Positions 41,001 to 52,800 of a stretch of DNA of 64,000 nucleotides are shown in pieces. The stretch's first letter is position 1, and each line of letters begins with the position of its first letter. Source of the DNA: Octopus sinensis (lineage: Eukaryota); assembly GCF_006345805.1 (NCBI RefSeq), contig NC_043004.1, positions 48,360,001-48,424,000 on the forward strand, written 5' to 3'. The notes below the pieces were generated by a model. The model searched no databases. It saw only the letters and a program-made list of their open reading frames with translations, and was not told where the DNA came from. A program made the translations under genes and the position numbers.

Positions 41001-43815
41001 CCTGTTACCAACCCTCACTTTCAAAAAAGCATTTCTCCTTGGTCAGAGGTGTTGCTCCTGAAAGACTGGAAATGGCCAACATTGCTTTAATGATAGTGAC
41101 ACGCATTTACAACAATCCTCGTCGATAAACGACAGATGAGGATTTATAGTGATCACATACACTCACTCCCTCCATCAAATCAATATTGCTTGTACAGGTG
41201 CTCATGTGCACCATGTGTCAGATGTCAGAGACAATTGCAGAGCGACATGAAATGAAATGTTTTTACCAAGAACACAATGCACTGCCTGGTCATATATATA
41301 TATATACTCACCTGCATGCACACATGCAAATGCACACACCTGTGCTTGGTTTTCAGAACCTGTGTACCAAGTGCCTTGTCATAAGAGGTAACTAAAAAGG
41401 CTACCTTAAAAGCACCCATCTAACCCATGCCAGCATGGAAAGGCAAATTTATAAAATGATGATGCATGTGTGCATATATATACATAAATACACACACACA
41501 GACACACAAATATACATAAACACATGCACATGTTTATACTAATAATACACACACACACATCTATGTAACCACGAACATATATAATATATATATGTCACTA
41601 CACACACACACGTATTTGTACATTTGTTGGTATAAAAACTTCATGTAGTAATTCATACATATACATATAACAAAGCAGTTAACTCTAGAAATATCCCCTT
41701 CAAACATGTACTCGTGGTTCTGTGTTATTGTGTGTATACTGATTTATGTAATGTGGATCTTAGTTATTGAGTTCTAATCAGGGATTTATTTAAATGTTCT
41801 TAGAAAGACAGCCCAGCATTTGTCCATAAGGATTTATATTAAAAGAATAACAAAAAAATATCCTAGAGTCAATTTACTATACTGATAGTTGTAATGGCAA
41901 CAAATTATTTTAACATATCATAATGATAAAAATAATTAGAAAACATTCAATTAAGGGGAGATATTATTATATATAGTGTAGATGAAAGATGAGTGAAAGA
42001 ACATGAAGACTTTAAGGGGTTAGGAGAGATGATAAGCAGATTGCTAATACTGGTTTGTTAGCCTAGAGTGAGAGATGGTTTATTAGAGATGACAGACAGT
42101 CTACTGGTGAGCAACGTGATTGCAAAAGCAGAACTAACTACAAGCAGCCAGATGGAGCAACTACAGAAAGAACAACAAGAAATTATAGTAATAATAACAA
42201 TAATAATAACAACAACAACAACAACAACTGGTAAATTAAATGAAAATTAAAAAGACAGAAGAAATAAGACAGACATGGCAGAAATAAACAAAGAAAGCGG
42301 CAGATTGCATACAAAAAAACTCAAATGTTAAAATTACAACAGGCTGTAATAGCAATTAACACATGTACAGTTTACACACACACACACACATTTATATGCG
42401 TAAACACATACACACAGATTTATATGCGTAAACACACACACACACATGTACACACAATCCATAAGATCTGCTTTGTTGGACGCATATCTTAACCTTCAGA
42501 CTTCTTGCTTTGGAGTTCTTATTTCGAGTGGCTTGACAATGTTCCTCTGAACCTAGTGACTCAGTGGAAATATGCACACACACACATATATGGGATCTTG
42601 GGCAAGTGTCTTCTGCTATAGCCCCGGGCCGACCAATGCCTTGTGAGTGGATTTGGTAGACGGAAACTGAAAGAAGCCTGTCGTATATATGTATATATAT
42701 ATGTATATGTGTGTGCATGTATGTTTGTGTGTCTGTGTTTGTCCCCCTAGCATTGCTTGACAACCGATGCTGGTGTGTTTATGTCCCCGTCACTTAGCAG
42801 TTCGGCAAAAGAGACCGATAGAATAAGTACTGGGCTTACAAAGAATAAGTCCTGGGGTCGAGTTGCTCGACTAAAGGCGGTGCTCCAGCATGGCCGCAGT
42901 CAAATGACTGAAACAAGTAAAAGAGTAAAGAGAGAGTATATATAATATGCATACATACTCATCATAAAAGCACAGATGATGAATGTGCAATTAAGAAGTT
43001 TACTTCAAAACCATGTGGCCTCAGGTTCAGTCCTACCATGGACTAGTGTCTTGTTCAACAAAAACAACAAACAAACCACTGCCTTATACACACACACATA
43101 TACAGATGCAGATATATATGCACACACACACACATATATACAAATGTAAATCTGTGTGTGTGTGTGTGTCAAAGTATGTATGTTTATATAACAAACTGAA
43201 AACCATGAAACAGTACCGGATTGCCTAAAATTCTAGGGACTAAATAACCACTGAACTTAAAGGTGGTGCTATGATATAGCTGCTGTATAGCAAGGTAGGA
43301 AAAGGATAGGTTGAGCGGGTAAGCCTGTATATACTTCGGAAAGATGAACATCCCTGCCATACATAATAAAGAACTGCCTGGTGGTACTGACCGTTCATGG
43401 AGTCGAGGACTAAGACAAGGGGCACCAAAACAAACCACATGGCAACATTGAAGACAATGTTCTGGCTTGGGTTACACTGTATCATTTGGCTAGACTTTGT
43501 AGGGACAACAATTAACACCCACCTTGAACTGTTCGTGCTGGTAAGAAACAATGCCTTTTCCCCAAGACAGTGTCTATAGTAACTTGCAAAAGCTAACAGG
43601 ACAAAAATTGAAAACATAACTCTTGCAAGTAGCCTTTGCGATTAGACAGCTATAAAAACAGCTAGGATCAGTAACAGCAGTGGATAGGCTTATTTCATAT
43701 ATGTTTATGTGTATACATGCACAAACATATACTTACACATATACATGTTATATACATGTATGTTACATGTACATGAACACTATTTATTTGTGTATATGTA
43801 TGTACACACACACAC

Positions 43816-43855
<40 letters not shown>

Positions 43856-46800
43856 ACAGACACATTTGAGTGCAAATGTTTATGATGGATGCTGGCATGG
43901 CTATGTGGTTACAGGTTACTGTGTGGAACCTTGGTCAAGTGCGTTCTATAGCCCCAGGTAAGTCAATTTTGTAGATGAAAATTGAAGTTAATGTACAGGT
44001 GCATGATGTGCCACAGGTCAGGTGATGAAATGATTGCAGAGCAACGTGAAATGAAGTGGTTTGCTCAAGAACACAACACAACGCTCAGTCTGGGAATCGA
44101 AACCATGATCTTGCAAGTGTGGGTGCAAACCCCTAACCACTAAGCCATGTGCCTTCACATACACACATATGTGAGCAAGTGTTTGTATAACTTTTTGTCT
44201 TGATATTGTGTAATAGTGGTAAACAAGTGTCACCATCATAAAAATGGTACCTTCAATTAAAATAAGGGTGAGCTATTTACCTTACTTGGAAACAAATGAG
44301 GGTTGGCAACAGGAAGGAGGGCATTCAACCACAGAAATCCTATCTAACCCATGTGAGCATGGCAAAATGGGTGTTAAAATAGTGATATATAATAAACACA
44401 CATGTATGTAATACACATACACATATGAGTAAGTGTATTTTTAAAAACCCACAGAGAACCACAATGTAGGCTATAGTACTCAATTACATATGGTAGAGTG
44501 AACTGAGATATTTGTTCATTCATATGCCATCATCTGAATAAACAAATATATCTAATGTTATCTATGTGTAATATAAATATATATGTGATGTAAAGATGTA
44601 TATTTATATATGATGAAAACATATGTAAAATTATACACACACACACACACCTAGATGCAGGTGGAGCTGAATAGTTAAGTTCATTTTACAGCCAAGAGGT
44701 CTTGGGTTTGATCCCACTTCATGGCACTATGGTTAGTACTACTACTACTATTACTATAGCTGGAAACCAAGCAGAAATTCATTGGATGGATTGTACCTTT
44801 AATTCAAAAGTCCAACTATATCACACTAATTTCACTTGAGAATTACATTAAGAGTATGTCTGTCTGTGGAATACACGGCCACTTTTTACACTAATTTGAT
44901 ATATAGCTCGTCCACTTAATTGAACAAATGTATTAGACATGTTCATACTTGACCCACAAACGTTCACACTGACACACAAGCCGCTTCTCACACACATATA
45001 TGCACTCATGCACACGTCCACACTCACACACACAGAAACAAAAACTATCACATTAGGAGGAGGAGGTGTAGGAGGAGGAGGAGTTGGTGGATACTCACTT
45101 GGTTCTGTCCCATCATGGGAGTGTGAGGCTGCGGGTGGGGGGACGGCTGTGATGCTGGCGGCTGTGGAAGGGGAGGAAGCATTTGATTGTGATGAAGATG
45201 GTGATGCCACAATGATACAAAACCAATGATAAAAGCAGCAACTACACTAGTAGAGAATTACTGTCTTTAACAACTAAATTCTATCATTTATTTCTGATAC
45301 CTATAACAGGAACAATAAACAACAGCAACTAAAAATCACTGTTGTTAATTAGTTTTAACCTCAACAAGCTAACTTATACACATCATTAACGTTATTAATT
45401 ATTATTATGATTAATATTATTGTTATTATTATTATTATTATTATCATTATTATTATTATTATTACAAAGAGTTGCATTTAGAATATTTTATTTAAATTGG
45501 ATTATTTATAAAGGACATCACATTAAAGCTAAAATATTTACAGCGTAAAACATTATTTATATGTAGTTAACACGTCCTAATACGTCTTGTCACAGTTGAA
45601 ACTATCTACAGGCACTGAATGGATGGTTGCGTGTGCTCATAGTGGCAACTTGCTCAGCAGTTTAATTACTATGCACCATGGCTCATATAGACAGAACATC
45701 AAACATCAACAGAAATAAAAGAATAAACAACATCAAAAGGTAAAAAATAACACACAAAAAGATAGCAAAATTTGGAATCTACAATAATAATAATAATAAT
45801 AAAAATAATAATAATCTTTCTAATTTTGACACAAGGCCAACTATTTTGAAAAGAAGGAACAAGTCGATTCAATCAATCCCTGTACTAGACTTACTTATTT
45901 TATCGACCCCAAGAGGATGAAAGGTAAAGCCGACCTCAATAGAATTTGAACCAGAAGAAATGCTGCTGAGCATTATGTCCAATGCTCAAACAATTCTGCC
46001 AGCTTACCAGAGGAATAATAATAATAACAATATTTTTTTTAGACATGACAACACTAATTTAAAAAGAGAGAAGAGTAAAGATGAATGAATCAACACCCAG
46101 CATGCTTTGAACTCAGAACATACAAGACGAAATACTATAAAACAATAGTCTTGTGTTTTTCTACTTCTGGTAATTCACTGCCATAAAAAATTAGTGATAA
46201 AGTTTTCATACATTGGTAGAGGACCCCAACAAAATTGTACAAGCGAGGTGCCATCCTGTTGATTTGCCCTTTGTGTGTGACCAGTACTTTTCATTTTTAT
46301 CAATTTTGAAAGGACAATAGTTCAAATCATCAAGCAGAGGATATGATTTGCTACCCACTTAGGTATAAGAGCCCTAGGACTCATAAAGGCCAAGTATGAA
46401 CCCCAGTTTCCATAACATATAACTGACTGAGGTAACAACATTGACTCTTGAAATGGGATGCTGATCTGTAGCAGAATCAACTTCCCAGCTATAGCTGGAC
46501 CACATTTGCAACTGAGCGGACCGGAACAACATGAAATAAAGTGGTTTTGCTCAAGAATACAATGAATGGCTGGCCTAGGAATTGAACCCTCAATCTTTGC
46601 AATTGTGACAGCAACAACCCTAACAACTAGCCCACATGCATTCACATGATTTACAACAAATAAATAAATAATAATAATATTTACATATAAATAAATAACA
46701 TGGTGAAATGAGAGTAAGTATTAAGAAGAACAATGAAATCTGATAATACAACAGTGGACAAAGACAAAACAGATGAGGATTAAGGAATGAGTAATCTTAA

Positions 46801-49800
46801 TATTCGTAAGTCATTAATCAAAATTGTTTGGATAAACTACACTGGAATGAAATTAGAAATTCCTCATTTTGAAAGAACAAGATATAGAAATGTGCTCGAA
46901 AAATTTGTCACCAAAAATGGAGAAGATGAAATTTTTAAAATTTAGAACCAGTTTGTAGCTTTGCTGGATAGCAAGTAACAAGTTAATCAGGCAGAGATTA
47001 CAGAACAACACGGTCAGCCTGATAGAAATTACTGACCTGGAAATAGTTTGTGTGTGTGTAATGACCCTAAAATTTACTTCTCTGAATACATAAGAAACTG
47101 AATGTGCTAAGGTTAAGATCATCAATATTAGGTTGTTTTTTTTTTTTGTCCCCTCCCCCACCACAACTCCCAATAAGTTTCCCTTCAGCTGTTGTGTATG
47201 AGAAAGAGAGAGAGAGAGAGAGAGAACCAACTTGCTGCAAGCTAAATCTATTTCAGTTCAATAAAATCATCAAATATCCATTAGCATTTTTTTAAAGGGA
47301 AAAAAAAAAAACCTTAACACTGTATAGGGAGGAGGTTTGATATTTCTGTTGTATGATGGGACTGAATGAGGTGTGAAAGACTTAGAGATTGGGAACCATT
47401 AAGTTTTTACATGAATAAACATATTAAAAAAAGAGAGAAATGATAGCAAAACGCAAAAAAAGAAAAAAGATGTAAAAAAAAAGTTGTATTTGTCATTCCA
47501 GAGTCCCATCATATACAAAATGGTTGCTCTAGATCCACTTTTAAAAAGAAAAAAAAATTTTTTTTTTTTTAAATATCTACAAAACAAACCTAAATGAATA
47601 CCTTGTTAATGAATGAAGTCAGATGCTATATGATGACTGATGATTGATAAGATACCCTATGATTTGTGAAGAATCTGACCAAACAGAATTTCATTGCAAA
47701 CGAAACTCCACATGGAAAGTCTAAAAATGCTAGTTTATTGCAATTCAGTTTGAACTGATTAATGGTTTTAACATCAACAACATGACAGGTAAAACTGTCC
47801 TGGCGTGAATCCATGTGTATCTCTAATTATTCTTTGAGTAATACACAAAGTTTAAGGGAGAGGAAGATATTTTGTTTCAACAGATTTTATTTTTAAGTGA
47901 ATCATTAATATTCAAAGTTATAATAAAAATAAACAACCACTGCCAATTTGATCTCCACTAGATGTCAACCAATAGTTCAAACCCATGTGAAACTTAGAGA
48001 AAAGCTAATATTTATAGCTATTAGAAAAATTTCTTAAAATATTATGAATATGGTTTAAAACACCAGCCACAAACTATGAATGTGTGGTTCAGTACACCAG
48101 TTTGTGATTGTGTGTGTGTGATAATGATATAATGAGAAGAGAATGTGTAGAAAAAGATTACAAGTGCAAGAAAATTGTTAAGATTTATAAATTTACTATA
48201 TTAATATTGCTAAAATAGGGGAAAGACATCAATTAAAGAAAAGAAACTGGGTCTCACCATCATCACCACCACCAAGTAAATTTAAAATTACTAAAAGATC
48301 TTTACATAAACAGGTGTTAGGAGATGTGGTTTTGAGAAACCCCAATAAATTAAATTACCAAATTTATAGCAAGTGCTAATGTTAAAATGAATAAGTATTG
48401 CCAGTTAAATGCTTTATAAGTAGCCATTCAGTGAAAAATCTATGCTTTATCTCTTTAGTGGTTTTATGTGTATGTGAGGAAACAAAAATCCTTTTTTAAT
48501 AAATAACTGAAAATAAACTACTTAAACCTTTTGATTAATAACTTGCCTGAAACTGCCCCTGGTTCTATGGAACTTGTTAAAGTGATCTAAAAACCTTTCA
48601 TTAAAATTCCATGGTAGTTAATGTTTTAAACACAAACTTATTACAACAGAAGTTTGTTAATAAAAGGATTAAATAAAAATTCCATTAAAATAAAAACAAT
48701 CTAATTTATGGCCTGTGTTCCAATCCACGAGAAAAGGGAATACATTTTATACATTATAGATATTGGAATTGATACAGGTTATTCTTTATTTGTATGTGTC
48801 ACCTCTACCACGAGTCCCTTCACCAAACTTAATCCTATTACATCTCATCCTCATCTAAACCAACACAACCATTATCCTATGTTACTCACCCGCTCACTTC
48901 CAGAGCCCCAAACAGTACCATTCTGAAATTGCTTCCCTGAATGTAGACCTTCATTGCCCTACACTACTTGTCAGTGACCAGCAAAATTGCAAGCTGAACA
49001 TTAAGACACCGAAAGAGGGCATAGACAGGGATAGGGTCATATCCCAAGAAACTTTTTTTTCCCCCTTTTTTTTTTTTTTAAACATAAAAAGGTACAACTG
49101 GCACTGAGATAATGAGTTAAATTTAACAAATTGAGGTAGATATTTAGTTAATTAAATGACATTTTTATCAAGAAAACCTGCTTACAATGTGGGTTAAAAA
49201 ATAACTATAATTGATGTAGGGTCAAAGTAGAACCATGATGTAAGCTAAGTATAAACCATAATGGAAGTTAATTATTACTGATAGAGACTGAAGCGTGTTA
49301 TTAAAGAGGTTACAGAATATAGTAAGCAAAATGTTGGCTAAGGTGTATAACTGATTCAGACCAAGTAGTTTAATGTTGGTTAAGGAGTATATTTATGATT
49401 CTGAGTATGATATTAGTGGAAGAAATATGATGTAGATTAAGGAGTATATAACCATGATGTAGGCTAGTTTGATGTGTACTAAGAAATGAAAAAGTAAAGT
49501 AGAGTAAGAAGTATAACAATGATGTAAGAAAGGGAGTTACCTAAAATGTAAAATAATGAGTGTAAGTATGATGCTGCTTAAGGAGGAAAACTAGGATGTT
49601 GGTTATTGAATGCAACTCTGCAAACTTTTTCACTATTAAAGGATCCTTTTTATCTTTCTCTTTAACCATGGATTTTGAAAAGCCTGAAAGCTGTGTAAGC
49701 TACTTTTATCAGCTAACAAATTTGTTTTCCTGGTTTGATACCTCGCTTGAAAAGTATATGTAAATGAACAAATATAATTATAAATGCAAATACATTTCAC

Positions 49801-52800
49801 AGTGCAATCTTTTAAAAGACTGAACACTGGACCCTCAAAGTATGTAGACCCCAGATTGGGAAGTACTGATATACTGGTCATCAAATCTAAGTAGAGATTT
49901 CAAACTTAAAATCTTCAAATCCACAGTCGAACCAATTCTACTATATGGCTCAGAAACTTGGACGTTATCAACGAAGTTTGAGGGGCAGTTGGATGGAACT
50001 TACACTTGCCTCCTTATGAGGGCTCAAAATCTCTTGTGGAAGCGTCATCCAACCGAAGTACAAATATATGGGAAATTACTACCTGTATCATCTCTTGTGA
50101 AAGGTAGGAGAGTCCAGTTTGCTGGACATTGTTGTAGAGCTGAAAACGAGGTAATTTCTACTCTTCTCCTCTGGAAGCCATCTGCTTGCGATACCAGAGG
50201 GCACACACTCTCCTACCCTGATGTAATCTCCAGGGATACAGGCATCCAGCAACAGGACCTCCGTAATGCTATGATGGACCGTGAAGTCTGGCGTAACATA
50301 GTAAATTCCATTGTCACGACCACGTCGAACAATGATGGTGAAGGAGTACAACTATGGCGTTGGTTAAGGAGCTGAGCTGTAGTAGAAATATGATGTGAAC
50401 AAAACAATAGAGTGATGTATCCAGTTATGTCAAGAGTTATTCAATCCTTTGCATTATGAACTGTAATTTAAAACTCTATACCAGTGCTTTTCAACCTTTT
50501 TACTGGAGCGGAACCCCAAGAAAACATTTCACTGGCCCGAGGAACCCCTGTGCAATAATTTAATTGTCTTATGCACAGATATCTGCACAGGAGAATTAAA
50601 AATTACTGTCGATTTTAGCATTTTTGTAACTTCTTGCGGAACCCCCTGGACTGTACTGGCGGAACCCTAAGGTTCCGTGGAACCCTGGTTGAAAACCACT
50701 GCTCTATACACACAGTTGGTGAGCCCCACTTTCACAAAATATTAAATTCAACCAAGTATAAGTTAACGTGGAGTACAAATCATATTGCTATACAGTAATC
50801 CCTCGACTATTGTGGGTGGTACGTTCCAGAACCCCCTGCGATAGGTGAAAATCTGTGAAGTAGAAACAGTACTGTATATATTTTTTTAATCATTTTCATA
50901 ATTTGTATATATTTATTTCATTATAAATGCAAAACAACACCACAAAGGAATCGACGTAAGCTTAAATAACAAACTACAATAGGTAAACTGCGATACGGTG
51001 AGGGATTACTGTATATATATATATATATATGCCTAAATGATAAGCAGATATATATTTTAATATTCACATTTGTAAGGAATATGAAAAAGATATAACAGTC
51101 TACTGTTACATCTTAAAAGACAGCCATGACCATGCTGTCCCATATTCATCTTAAGTGTGTCTAAGTCCACCTTGTATATATGTCTTCCTTTTTCAGATAC
51201 TAGAGTGTCATTTGAGGGAAATTTGGATTTTTTTTCCAGCAAGTGATGAGATCACTATTGGTTCAAAGGACATTAAAGTCAGGTTAGCAGTGAGAGTTGT
51301 TGTGATTTAAGAACTAGGTAGCTTTAAATTTAGCAGATTTAACAAAGTTTACAAATATAGCACGTGTTTTCATTAAAAACACATAAAAACACACTGTAAA
51401 TAATGTTTTTATTTTTATCGTAAATCCTCTCCAATTTTGTTTCTAGCATCAATATTATTATTATTATTATTGCCATTGACAGCAGTGGATGGACAAAATC
51501 AATAGAGCAACAAGTTACATTACTTTGTTCTCAGTTCATTTGTTCCCAAGATCAACTTTACTTCTCATTCTTCAGTGAAGTGGTAAGTCAATAAATTAAG
51601 ACCTAGTGAAATACTAAGGTCGATTCGATCAACTATGCTCTTCTTGTACCTATATTAGAAATTATTATTATTTAGGTAGCAAAATACATAACAGCAATTC
51701 TTCTAGAGCTTTATGCACTGAGTTCAAATCTCACTGAGGCTGATGTTTGCCTTTTATCCTTTCATGGTCCAATAAATTAAGTACTAGTGAAACACTGGGA
51801 GACAATGTGAGCAATTACACCCTTCTCTAAAATTTCAGGCCTTGTACCTTTAGTAGAAAGGATTATTATTATTATTATTATTATTATTTGGAGTGGCAGA
51901 ATCATTAGGGTGTTGGATGAAATGCCTTGCATTTTCCACTCCAAAGTCAACTTTGCCTTTTCAACATTTTGGGGATCAATAAAAGTGTTGGTCAAGTATT
52001 GAGACTGATATAACCAACTGACCCCTTTCTTCATCTTAAATTCCAGTCATTCTACCAAAGTTAGAATCACAACAGACTTGTTAGAATGTTGGACAAAACA
52101 TCATGCAGTGTTTGTTCCAGTTCTTAGCAGTCAATTTCGCCTTTCCACTGGTCAGGGAGTGTAATCCATTTTGTTTGATGAACCCCACCAAAAATTTGTG
52201 CCTATAATTTTTATGAGTGTCCAATATCTTGAAGTTAAATCATTCCTCCTTCCTACTATTTTCCATAATAGTTGCCTGCTGAAATTTCTCAATTAATCAA
52301 AGGTTGTTTTGTTTTTTGTTTTATTTCAATTTTTTATTTAATTCATTTAAAACAGCCAAATTTATTGAACCTATTTTGTATGATTTAGTAATAGAGTATA
52401 TGTTTATGATTGAATATTGTCCAGTCGAAGTGGCCTGAAGACTGACAGTACAGGACGAGAGACCACTGGCGCATCACCATAGGCTATTTCATTGGGCTAA
52501 TTCTCTTTTATTATTGAATATTGTTTTAGTGCACACATACAAGCTGTATGTATGAGAGAGAGAGAAAGAGATAGACAGACAGACAGACAGACAAACAGAG
52601 ACAGTAGAAGGTGAGTTCAGATCTTGACAGTGAGAAATTCATTCAGAGTATAGTACATCTTACTCAACAATAATGTTTTATATAACCAATATAAAATGAA
52701 TTATTAATGGTTACTGTGACAAGTTAAGATGTGATTATCTCTACAAAAGTCTACCAATAATTAACCTACTCAAGAAAGTCAAAAAAATATTGCACTGAAT

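Noticed and set aside
44848-45229. 120-aa Pro/Ser-rich and 96-aa Gly-rich ORFs
   Set aside because: They overlap the true 63-nt SSDP exon in the wrong frame or on the wrong strand; the remainder is CCT and CA repeat
49989-50375. 128-aa ORF as a host gene
   Set aside because: It is the C-terminus of an RTE LINE ORF2 lacking the RT core
52429-52470. CTGAAGA plus small stem as a hammerhead ribozyme
   Set aside because: No GAAA or cleavage triplet; better explained as a LINE 3' stub
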